Shown in pieces: positions 22,684-33,900 of a stretch of 35,057 nucleotides of DNA. A program made the translations under genes and the position numbers. Below the pieces are notes generated by a model. The model searched no databases. It worked only from the letters and a program-made list of their open reading frames with translations, and had not been told where the DNA came from. Source of the DNA: Craspedostauros australis (Eukaryota); NCBI GenBank assembly GCA_030167865.1, contig JALAGF010000625.1, positions 1 through 35,057 on the forward strand. Direction: 5' to 3'. How positions within the stretch are numbered: position 1 is the stretch's first letter; each line of letters opens with the position of its first letter.

Positions 22684-23275
22684 AGAAGTGAGGTGGGAAC
22701 AGAGACCGAGAGATTGAGAAGAGTGACGCAGCATGAACATGCGCAACACAGAGAAAATGGTATCATCTATCATCTACTTGTATTGGAGTATCCAAGTTCG
22801 AAAGGTACAGTAGATTGAAATAGTGTTGTAGTTGTTCCTGTCTTGTTGTGCTCCATGGAGTGGCCTACCTTTGGTTGACGCAGTCGCGATAGTTTCAAAA
22901 CAGTTTTAGTCCAATTGGTCAACTGCGCGGTATCTTTTTCCCGAACCTGCGACAGTCACAATGGAGCACAGAAATGTCCGTTTGATGCCAACAGCCGTCA
23001 CAAGATGTCGTTGTTGTCGCCTTCCGTTTGTTTTTGGTGATGACAATTGGGAGGCGAAACAACATCAACAGCATCAACATCACCAACATCATCAGTGGCG
23101 ACATCAGCGGCGGCAGCGTCACAATCACAACAAACGAAGAGAGACACAGACAGGGAGGCCTAGTTGCGACAGCGACATCACGAGGACAGCATTGGAGTGC
23201 GGCGATAGAAAAGCGAGAGACAAGCCTCGGCACAGACGATAGAGAGAAACGGAAGCAAAGGAGGCAGTCGACAGG

Positions 23276-24921
23276 ATGGGTTGTGGATCGAGCACCGAGC
23301 AGACGCATGAGCTGCCAACATACCCGGAAGGGAAGAACCCGATCGTCTTTTTCGACATTGAGATCGGAGGCCAGCCCAAGGGACGCATCGAGATGACCCT
23401 GCGAGCGGATGTGGTTCCACGAACAGCCGAAGTACGTTGATATCGTGTCATGATCCATTGGGCAATTGGGTCGTCCGCGCTGTTGGGTGCTTTTTGTGTG
23501 AGCCGAACAAAGATGAAGCTTGAGCTATGCCGATACCAAGCACTTCCGAATGGTCTCGATCCATTTGGTTGCGTTCGGCTCCGCTCAGTTGAGGAATTGC
23601 AATGGCTATTTGGTGCATTGTTGCGTCATGCTCAAGTCTCCATCTCACCAGCGTTTGTTATTTCTGTGTCTCGCCATTGAATTGGATTGTGGCTCCCATC
23701 ATCGTGATGTTGCCATCTTTCGTGAATGCCATCATGTGCTGGAACACTGTGCACGCCGTTGATGTCTCGCAACAACCAGAATTTCCGGTGTTTATGCACA
23801 GGAGAGAAGGGCAAAGGGTCGCTTGGCGCCCCGTTGCATTTCAAGGGCTCGTCCTTCCACAGAGTCATCCGTAAGTTCGATCATCAAGATGAGCTGTCAG
23901 CGCTCATTGTGATCAGGCAATGTGATGCCAGGTGATGCAATATCATGCGATGTCAACTCTGGACCTACATATGGGACATTATCGAGCGTTCATCTCTCGC
24001 CACGAATCGTCGCTCTCAACCGTGCCAAAAAGCTGAGGCACGTCTTCTCACTCTCTCTCTCGTTGAATTGCATCCTGCTGCCTCTCTCGTTTTCATCCTC
24101 CGATAGCCAACTTCATGTGCCAGGGTGGAGACTTCACAAATCACAATGGAACTGGAGGCGAAGGTATTTGGGGACAGCAATGGAGTGATGAAAACTTCAA
24201 GCTCAAGCACACTGGGTGAGTACACCGCCGGATGCAGCATATTGGTATGCGGCTGTGTTTGTGACTCTTGGGAGCGTCTCTACCTGCGCATGTGCGTATG
24301 GTGAGAAGAATTACGGCTGTATTTCACATGCCTCACAGTATTGACCTTTGTCCCTGCTTACTCTCTCGAATGGTCCCACCAATAATGCACTCCTCATAAC
24401 ATGATGTATAACCCGTACATCCCTTGCGAATTCCGTCAATTTTGCCGGCCGTTCTGCTCGTCCAACTCGGCCTCTTATCACGATTGGACGGCGAACATAG
24501 ACCCGGGACGCTATCGATGGCAAACGCCGGGCCCAACACGAATGGAAGTCAATGTGAGTGCGGTTGTTATTCTTTTCCTCCCCATGGTGTCGGGTGCTGC
24601 TTGGTGATATTTGATGATGTTCTTTGATCCACGAGTCCGATGCAACGGGTGCTATCGAAAATGCGATGCAATCGCCCCCCTCACACCTTCACCATCTTCA
24701 ATATTCATGTGCTACGCTACCACTCGATACCGTCCCACAATAATCCTTCAGTCTTTTTGTGTACGGAAAAGACAACTTGGTTGGATGGCAAGCACGTCGT
24801 GTTCGGCAACGTGACAAAAGGCATGGACGTTGTGAAGGAGATCGAACGATACGGAAGCGAATCCGGAGCCACGAGAAAGAAGGTCGTGGTCTCTGATTCT
24901 GGACAGTTGCCCATGGAGTAG
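23276..24921 (+). CDS. Second cyclophilin (tandem paralogue) with an N-terminal MGCGSS extension, 5 exons
   Basis: Exons 23276-23431, 23780-23870, 24107-24215, 24501-24553 and 24752-24921, all GT-AG. Spliced protein: [192 protein letters not shown]. An in-frame TAG at 23240-23242 makes 23276 the first ATG. Confidence 0.93.
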
Positions 24922-25406
24922 AATGATTGGTCGGTGTGAATGAGATGCACCAAAAGTCGAATGACAAGAGTGTGTAATGTGTCCACACATGAATAATGAT
25001 CGGATCCATTGCATTGCAGCGAGCGAGGACCTCTCCCCCCAGAAAAGCAATGGCACAGCCGAACGCACGCAGCGATGTTGAGGTATGAGCGTGGAAGATC
25101 GAGCCGGCGAAACAGAGCATAGAGAGGAAACAGAGGCCACGGAGAAGCATAGGCAAAATGCCAGAATCCGCTGCAGCGGATCATTCCCCATTGGTCACAT
25201 CAATGACGCATTAACACAGTATTTGTTCCAAGTGTACGTGCTGCCCCCAACTGCCGCATGGCACATTGTGGAGTGAAGATGAATGTCTACTGCTCGCAGC
25301 GTATTCGTACATGCAATTCGACAACGGCAACCGCTTTTGTGCACAGTGGGGTGAAACAAAACAGCTTCCATCTGCTGACTCTCTCTAGTATCGCATCATG
25401 CGAATT

Positions 25407-27986
25407 CTACAAATCTGGAATGTCTATAACCGCGTCGGGATCGGAAGGCGTGCCGACTGTCTCGTCGACATTGTCGCCACTTGCGGTGTTCGTCTTGGCC
25501 TCCTCCACGATGAACGGCACCAGCGCCCACTCAATGATGGCATCGACATTCGAGCATTTCGTCGCAATGAGGTGCTTTCCCACCCACTTGCTTAACGGCG
25601 GTAGATTCCCATTCGTCTCCTCCTCCGCATCACTGACGAAGTCTTCGCGATCCTGATTGCTCCTCTTCTGCAGCCAATCCTCCTCATCGCCATCTCCCCG
25701 ACCGGCAACTCCCAAGCACATGTACGGTTCTTGCGTTCTGTCGGTTTCCGCAATCCGTCGTATCGTATGCAGCGGAACATTCGTGTGGAGGCTCATCTTC
25801 GGTGCGTGCACGCCATCTCCAAAGGACAGATATTGGCCCCATCGGCTCGTGCAGGGGAAGACGTGGACGGCTCCACCAGGCTGCGAATCCAACGACTCTC
25901 CGTCCATGCACCGGCCGACACGCAGGCCGTCCATCATACGGATCATGCACCGCGGGCCAGTCGGGCTGTACTCGCCTGCCGTCACATTCACAACACCATT
26001 CTCAAGACGCTCCAAACCACCGTCGGAGCTGCACGGTGCTATCTCCCATCGATTTTGGGGCAGCGTTTCATCCAGCACCACAGCACCGGTCTCCCAGTCG
26101 GTCGCCAACGTCGGAGGTACATGCTCATGAAAGCACGGGACGAGGCGGACCCTGTTGCGCTGCGGCCCCAATCCCAGACAAAGTGGCATGGCATCCCTGA
26201 CGGTGTCCTTGGCAACAAACAACGATCCGTGTCCTTCCAGCAGCAAATGCACTTTCTGGTTCATCTCGTGCTCAGGATCGGTGATGTTGGCCGCTGTGAG
26301 AACGCCTTCTTCTCGTTGTCTCAAGCCGTCAATCCTGTGCTTGATTGCGGCGTCCACCTCGTCGGAGAACTTTCGAGCGTACAGATCGCCGCTGAGCTCC
26401 AGGATGTCGAGGTAGTCCGTGGTCATGATCGTTGGCGAGCGCCCGCAGTGGTTTGGATCGGGCATGATGCACTTGCGTTCGTCGCGCTTGTGGACCTCGC
26501 GTTCGTTCTCCCATTGATCAAACTGCAAATGCAAGAAGTGCCAATTGTGATGCTTGTGACAGAAGGGCGTGTGCCGCAGAACCGTCCCGAAGAAGGTCTC
26601 GTCGGCCACGACAACGTGCTTCGCGTAGTCCAAGTAATCGAAAAGAAATGACCCAGGCACTGGATTCGCGAGATAGTGAGCGAAGTCCTTGCTGATGATG
26701 AACCACTGGCTCGAGGTGTGCAATTCGATGCCGTGCGTGGTCTTCTGCAGTGGCGGTAACCGGTAGATGCGATGGACACGGTCGTCGCATTCCACGAAGT
26801 AATGCCACACCTGATGTGCAGGCCGCGATGGTTTGAGGATGACGTGCATGAAGTTGGCATCCTTGGGGAAGGAGGCGATGCGGTTCCGTATTCTCCTGTT
26901 GGAGGCCACGGGGTACGCAGATGACGCCATGTGCACGAAGTGCGTAAAATCGAACCGATCCGCGTAGCGCAACATCTGCATGGTCGCATTCACCATGCTG
27001 AACCCACCCCAGTTGACACGGACTCGGTACTCATCGTCGAGAATGTGGATACGTGCGTCGCCGTCACTCGTTGCTGTCGATGACGACTTTGCTTTGGCAT
27101 ATTCTAACAGCTGTTGGTGTGTCTCTTCGTACTTGGCATCCACGTGAACGACGATGATCGTGGTTGGCTCCTCCACAGCCTCGATGAATTGTATCGTCGC
27201 CTCTGCGCTGTCATGGGCCAAGATGCCGTAGCATAGCACGACCTCTTCCGGGGATATGTATTCAGTTTCGTTGCGCGGGGGTCGGTACGTTCGGTTCTGA
27301 ATCATGCCGAGGTGAACACCCTTGGGAAGGTTATCAAAGTCGTAGTCTTCGTAATCTTCGCACTCATTTTGAAACTTGACATCCGTGAACGGCAATGGCG
27401 TCTCCATCCCAATGGCATTGATGTAATGTCCAAAGTGCTGGGCGATGAGCTCGCGGCATTGCGGCGTCTCGGTATTGTCAAACATCTCTTCCATTCGGTT
27501 GTAGAGTGGTGCTGCGATGGCCTGCAGGACCTCCAGTGCGACATCCTCGGCGTCATCGCTGAAGTCGATGTCGTCAAAATCAGTCTCGGTGGCGGCGATC
27601 AACTCCTGGTGCTTCGTCTGTGGAACTTGCGTCGCCTCTTCCTCCGTGGTGTCGTTGTTGTGGATGCCGTCGCTGTGATTGTCGTGGCTGTCTTCGGCAT
27701 CGTCATCTTCGTCGTCTTCTTCATCATCTTCTCCATCGTCATCGTCATCGTCATCATCTTCATCGTGTTCTTCGTCAATGCCGTCGTTTTCGCTGTCATT
27801 GTTACTGTCCGCATTGCCAATGACGCTGGACTCCATTTCAATGTCGACGACGCTTGGCGCATCCTCCTTCACAACGTTAACGTCTGCAGGATTGCTTGTT
27901 GTCGCTGCATTGATGATCTGAAGGAATGCAATGGCGCAAAGGACAATGCCAAGCCGTCTGCCGCGGCGGACGTGGAATCTCTGCAT
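25407..27986 (-). CDS. GT14 (core-2/I-branching, xylosyltransferase-like) glycosyltransferase with a signal/anchor, an acidic stem and a Cys-rich C-terminal domain
   Basis: N-terminal hydrophobic segment LGIVLCAIAFLQII. Branch-domain motifs CYGILAH, VVHVDAK, RVNWGGFSMVNAT, SSQWFIISKDFAHY, ADETFFGTVL, CGRSP and LYARKF. Single 859-aa ORF. Confidence 0.85.
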   Translation of the reverse strand: MQRFHVRRGRRLGIVLCAIAFLQIINAATTSNPADVNVVKEDAPSVVDIEMESSVIGNADSNNDSENDGIDEEHDEDDDDDDDDGEDDEEDDEDDDAEDSHDNHSDGIHNNDTTEEEATQVPQTKHQELIAATETDFDDIDFSDDAEDVALEVLQAIAAPLYNRMEEMFDNTETPQCRELIAQHFGHYINAIGMETPLPFTDVKFQNECEDYEDYDFDNLPKGVHLGMIQNRTYRPPRNETEYISPEEVVLCYGILAHDSAEATIQFIEAVEEPTTIIVVHVDAKYEETHQQLLEYAKAKSSSTATSDGDARIHILDDEYRVRVNWGGFSMVNATMQMLRYADRFDFTHFVHMASSAYPVASNRRIRNRIASFPKDANFMHVILKPSRPAHQVWHYFVECDDRVHRIYRLPPLQKTTHGIELHTSSQWFIISKDFAHYLANPVPGSFLFDYLDYAKHVVVADETFFGTVLRHTPFCHKHHNWHFLHLQFDQWENEREVHKRDERKCIMPDPNHCGRSPTIMTTDYLDILELSGDLYARKFSDEVDAAIKHRIDGLRQREEGVLTAANITDPEHEMNQKVHLLLEGHGSLFVAKDTVRDAMPLCLGLGPQRNRVRLVPCFHEHVPPTLATDWETGAVVLDETLPQNRWEIAPCSSDGGLERLENGVVNVTAGEYSPTGPRCMIRMMDGLRVGRCMDGESLDSQPGGAVHVFPCTSRWGQYLSFGDGVHAPKMSLHTNVPLHTIRRIAETDRTQEPYMCLGVAGRGDGDEEDWLQKRSNQDREDFVSDAEEETNGNLPPLSKWVGKHLIATKCSNVDAIIEWALVPFIVEEAKTNTASGDNVDETVGTPSDPDAVIDIPDL
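27697..27790 (-). repeat. Imperfect GAT/GAC/GAA trinucleotide tract encoding a poly-Asp/Glu stem
   Basis: The plus strand reads (tca/tcg/tct)n and translates on the minus strand as DEEHDEDDDDDDDDGEDDEEDDEDDDAED. Confidence 0.8.
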
Positions 27987-28566
27987 CGTGCAGCAGTTCC
28001 TATCCTTGAATAATGAATAATTGCGGACAGTTTATAATACAATGTGATGCTGTGTGCTGGTGTGCGTTGGTGGATTGTTCGGTGGGATGGAATTGGTTGA
28101 GTTCGTAGGTCGTACACACTCAACTCTATTCGGAACAGCGAGCACCGCCGTCATTTTTTGAAAGTTTGAATCGCTGTGTTGTTCCTTTTGTTGGTGATGG
28201 TTGTGTGCCTGACAGCCAAAGATACCATTTGGTGGTGGAGAAACGGTGTCCAGAACGGTACATAGGCTCGTCAATTCTATCTAGAACGAGACAACAACCA
28301 TGTGCCGGGGACTTCCATGCTTGTGGCAACAACGACAGCCCGTGGCCTCACCCTGCATGCAACGCATCAACAAGCACAGTGTTGCCAACTTCACTAGGTA
28401 TCCATGCAATCCAGACATGGCTTATGTCGCGATCCAAACAACAAAAGACTCATCGTGGCAAATCTGTCGCCACATTGCTTTCGCGTTTGATTGTGGTTGT
28501 GAATGCACCGCCGCAATGCAATCTACATGTGGTGTTAGAAGTATACGACACGCCTGCTGGTCTCCA

Positions 28567-29554
28567 CTACGTCGACTTCTTGGCAGCACCTGCCTCATCG
28601 CCGGTCGTTCGTTTCCGTCGCACGTCCCAGTTGAAGATCCTCGTCATGCTGACCTCCGATGTGACGATCTGATCCCTCACGAATGCCAGATCGGACTTGA
28701 CGACCTCGTATTCTTTGCGAGCCGATTCCAGATTGTGCGTGAGGAAGTCGATCGCCTCCTCGTACGTGTATTCCAGCATGACGTTGGCGCCCAGCCAGAG
28801 GTTGACGATGCCGCAGTCCGTGTCCACCTCGGCCTTGCCGTATATGCTGTCCGCGAGGCTGTATCGTGTTATGGTGGTCTCGCCCGATTCCTTCTTCTTT
28901 TTGAGATTCGTCACCAAGCTCAACGACTTTTCGATGTCCGGGATCTTCTGCTGGTAGTTTTGTCCTGTTTGTGTTGTTATGCGATGCAATGGACAGCATT
29001 GGTTTGCACCACAAGGTCGGCCACCATTGAATGCCAATTCAGTTGGTTTGTGTCGAGTTCCGAATTGCCAAGAGGAGGTGTGATGTGATGTGTGGAGGGA
29101 GCAGCATAGAGCAATTCCCCAAAGCGCATCAATGTGATGGCAAACGGTGTACCGCATCATTATCATTATGATTGTAACGAATGAGTGAATGGTTGAATGG
29201 TTGAATGAAAGAGCGGATGAAGGTGAGTTGGTTGCATGGTATGGCGTGGCGTGCATGAAACGAAAAAGTGCTGACCATGAAAGGAGATGCTCCACAATCC
29301 TCTTGCGACAACTCACGCTTCTGGGTCAACGTCGTCTCAAAGGTCTTGAATTTGGAATGCAATTCGGAGTACGCGCCGATCAGGAGCTCCGCCGAAGCCG
29401 TGGGGGTGAAGGTCTTGGCGAAGGCTTCGACGTCGTCGATGAATTTGACGAACGGGATGCCGCGATCATTCTCTCCGTTCGTGATGGAAAGCAGGCTCAT
29501 GTCCTCCACAGGAACCGCCGTGTCCTTCGTCTCTTCTGCTGTTGTGGATGTCAT
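28567..29554 (-). CDS. PFDN3: Prefoldin subunit 3 (VBP1), 2 exons
   Basis: Exons 29554-29317 and 28964-28567; intron 29316-28965 (GTGAGT...AAACAG, phase 1) joins TLTQKR|QNYQQKIPDIEKSL. Motifs NDRGIPFVKFIDDV, VNLWLGANVMLEY and DLAFVRDQIVTSEVSMTRIFNWDV. 211 aa. Confidence 0.95.
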
Positions 29555-30930
29555 GATGGGCTTGTGTGCGTGTGTGTTTGTGCAAGAGATGGAGTAGATG
29601 GGTCTCGTCTGAACGAGGAGCTGTGTCGCTTGTGGTGGGAGCTTGATTCAGGGTTGATGCTTGTCTCGGTGCTTTGTGTCATGTTTGTGGGTTGGGTCTG
29701 CGATGGTGGGCAGGGTGTGTGTGTTGGTGCGTTTGTTTGAGTGTGCTTGGCGACCTCTTTGGTCTTGTTGCTCATGGTCGGTTCTTGTCATGTCGGATGA
29801 CTGCAAGACAGTGAAAGCTCAATACAAATACAATGAACGCTGATATCTACCAATTATCCAACATATTTGTGGATCGTGGAAAGACTCATGAGCTAGATCA
29901 TAATGATTCAGACGACTCCCTCAGGAAAATTGAGTCGGAGAACCGAGTTTGGAGAACACCCACGCGAAACTTGCCTCGGATTTCCTGTGACGATGATGGT
30001 GATGGATCTCGCGTCAGGCAACGCACTGCGATGGAAATGGATCTTGTGTCTGACGAGGCACACAAAAACCTCACCCTCTCTCGCTCTCTCTTTGGAGTAT
30101 AGTAGAGACAGCAACTCCAGCGAGTTCATCATCAAACGATGCTTACCATGGAGCCGTGCGTTCCGAACGACACGCCGCCGAAAATGAACAAGAGCGACCA
30201 CCACCAAGGGGAAGGCAAAGACGGCACAACAAAACCTGAGTGTTGCGCGAACCTGGTCTGTGCGGGTGGCACAGCACAAAGACGCACAAACAGATTCGAA
30301 CAGACACGAAGTTGAGGAGACCAAGAACAACAAGCCGTTGGTGTGAACGTTCCAGTGTGCCAGTCAGCCGCTCTCTCGAGACTTTCCTCGCTTCACGCTC
30401 GCAAACACATCCAAGACAGCACAGCCATCGTCATCATCACTATCATCCGCACCGACATTGTCATCGACACCGACATCGACTACCCACAGCACTCAACCTT
30501 CAGAACCACCCACGCCGTCTCCAGACCCTGCAGTCCCCGTAGTGGCGTTGGTATTGGTAGGTCGAGGAGTTACTGGTGGAGCAGTGGAGCAACCACACAC
30601 AGATACGCTGATTCATCGCAGGTAGCGAAAAGCACCGCTGCCGCTGCCACTGCCACTGTACGACTAGATAGCACACGATAGCATACGACAGCATACGATC
30701 TAAGGCGGTTCGAAGGCAACCGAAGGAATCAAAGCTGAACGGAGCCTGGCTGGAGTCCTCACGAAGGCAGAACAAGACAAGACCAGGTGAGCAGAATCAA
30801 ACATTGTCGTCGCTGTTGATGACACCAACACTCATAATATCACTCACACCAACACCAGAACTCCACGGTTTCTTGTTGCTGTCGCCCTTTCGCCTCCAAT
30901 CAATTCTGCCGAACGGCTGTCAACAGCAAG

Positions 30931-33900
30931 ATGAACAACATGTCACTGCTGAGGACACTCGGCGACACTCAAGCGCCAATGGCTGAAGATGATCAAGCAA
31001 CACCTATCGATCTCGACTCAATCTTCGACAATGTGCTTTTCTGGGTCAACGAGTGGAGCGAAGTACCCGAAGAATTGAAGCAACTTCTGGAGGCAAAAGT
31101 GCGAAAGGACAAACCACATTTTTCGGATGAGGATGTTGAGGAGGAAGTGGAATTCCAGCTTTCGATAGAAGAATTGTGCAGGAAGCGCATTCTCAAGCAG
31201 GCCGACAAGAGTGACGACATCCAAAGTTTGGAACAAAAGCTCTCCTCCACACGTATTGCTGGAACCTTGACCGAACAATGGCTCTCGGCTTGGCTTCGTT
31301 TCCATCAAGAAATCCCCGAGTGCATCCGCAACGCTTTGTGGAAACCCAACGACGATCACAAACTCGCCGATCCTAAGAACCCACGCCAATCAGTTCTCAA
31401 CCTGTTGAAGGAGATCCGCGGTAACGACCCCAATGGCTTTCGTGGTCTACAGTACACCTCGCACACCATCAGCGATGAAGCTACTGGCTACGCACACTAC
31501 ATCGGCAAGGCCAACTTTCGACATGGAGGGAATATCGGTATGGTCCCCAAACAAGTCTTCATCAACGCGCCGATCCGACAAGGACGCCTCCACAAGGACG
31601 ACCTGATTCATGTGTACCACGAAGAGAGTGGTAGCGGCAAGACCGTGGAGCTTGCGGCGAGCGCATTCACCAGAGACGCTCTGTTTACCATCATGCTCGA
31701 CACCGACGATGTGAAGCTTCTCGATTCATCGAATTCTCTTGCGGTCAAGAAACACCGAAGGGACCAATCCTGGACGAAGCTCACAGATGAAGTCAAATCG
31801 GTCCTCACGCGAGACAAAAAAAGTCTCGGCAGACTTGTCAACTTTCTCAAAGTGTTGGATGGGAAGATGCAAAAGAAGACCACACTTTTCATCGTCGTTG
31901 GGATTGACGAAGCAAGCAAGTCCCCAAACTTCGTCCGGGCCATCATCGACAGCCACGACGACTTTGGAACGGAGCTGGGGAAGTTCATCCGGGACATATT
32001 CGCCGAAGAGGCCACGAAACAAGTCAATCCCTTTGCAGCGGGAGCACCACAAGGCTCCTCAAATGCAAACAAACTCCCCCGTTTTCTCAAGCACATTCAC
32101 ATCAAAGTCCTATTCTCTGTGGCAGGCACCGGTGCTTCCCAACCACCGACGGGATCAATCCCCAAGAGCTTCACTCACCTCAATACTTCTGCAAAGGTGA
32201 ACCCTGCAGCCGTCTACCACATTCTTCGCCGCGAATACGTGGAAGACGTCACGAATACCATCATACCAGAGTACACAGAGGTTAAGAAGTTCCCTCTTCT
32301 CAACGCCATCGTTGATTCCAACGTCCGGATGATCTCGATCTACATGCGAGTGTCAAGAAAGCAAGAAAACATCAACCGTGGCCAGGGAAAGAAGTCAAGC
32401 GAGAATGAATACGAGCAGAATGCCATCCTTTCCAAAACTTTCACCATCTTCATGAAAAGCAATGGCATGAAAACTCTGGTGCACAATCCGTACCTTGCGC
32501 GGCTCACAGCATCCCAGGCTTTGGCAGCTCTTCTTTTCCAACAGAATGAAGCTTTCAGCAAACCGCTCACCGATACTCAACTGAACAACATGGACTACGG
32601 GATCACCTTCCAACGCTTCAAGGGTGACCTGGGCGGTTCCATCATGCGTCGGTTGGTCGTCGATTATGGCTTAGTCACCGCAAGGCCACTCACGGGTGAG
32701 GATGAGAGCAAGCCGCAGGCAAGTCCGTTCGCGCTCACCGGCGCCATGCAGCTCCTTTGCCTTTGGATCATTCAAAGCGGTGAAGCAATTGCGGCTGAGA
32801 AATCGTTTCTCGGAACAACCTCAGCCAGCTTTGAAACCCTCACTGCGTTGCTGGCCGGGGCCGCCATCGCTGCGTCCTCCGTCGTGAAGAAGGATAAGCA
32901 CGGGCGCGTCGTTGCTGCTCCCGCCAATGGTCCCAATCCTAACACGGTTGGGCAGCAGGAAGCAGACATCATTGCTGCTCTGCGCAAGGTCGGGATGAAA
33001 ATCAAACCACACCCGAATGACACCCAGCCAACCCACTACACATGCAAAACGATCGGCGGAGAGAAGCTCGTGGACAAAAGCGCCGGCGATCTCTTTTGGT
33101 CTCTCAAGGGTGTCCACCCGGAACTACTTCCAAGAGACCTCGGGATTGCTCGGGTGTACTTCCACAAGTCAATGATGACTTGCGTCGAGAGCAACGCGGA
33201 CAAGCAGCGCATCATGGCTTCTACTAAAGAAGCCTTGCAGCGCGCCGCTGCTGCTGTTGCTGCTGCGAAAGCCGTGGGCCACGTGAAGGATGCTACTGCA
33301 AAAGCCGTGGATCCTGTATTTCGCAATATGTGGGTAACTTTCCAATCGGAAAACGGAGGATTGGATTCGCGTTCGCTGGCGGATTGTTCTGACGAAGAGG
33401 TCTCATCGTGGTTGAACGACTGTTACTCAATCTTCGTCGATCACGACCTACTCCACAAGCTCGTGTGGCTCTGGAAGGTCGAACAACAATGCAACGACCA
33501 GCAACACACCACGGAGGCTAGTCTCAGCGACGGCATGGCCGTGCTGGGTATCAACAACTCCACCAATACATCTCGCAGCCCACCCAGCAACGACGCGAAA
33601 CCGGCCGCATCCACTCTCGCTCCCGCCAACCCATCTCAAGGCACAACCGCAGACGTCGTGGAAATTTTCTTCAACCTGCCACTCATCCACGTTGCAGAAG
33701 GTAGCAGTGAGTTCGCAGATGCCTACGTCACCTTCCTTACGGAGGGGACGGACGCCAAGACACGTAAGAAGATCTACAGATTGCGAACAATCTGTATCCA
33801 AGCCAAAGATTACTCCGAGACTACAAGCTCAGACATGGACATTTACAAGAAAAATGTCTCCGCAGCGGCGAACCCCGGACTGCATACTCTCTTTGGCGGA

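Noticed and set aside
21231-24751. Box C/D snoRNAs in the cyclophilin introns
   Set aside because: I saw only scattered TGATG/CTGA words, without a convincing C box, D box and terminal stem arrangement; a covariance-model search would be needed.
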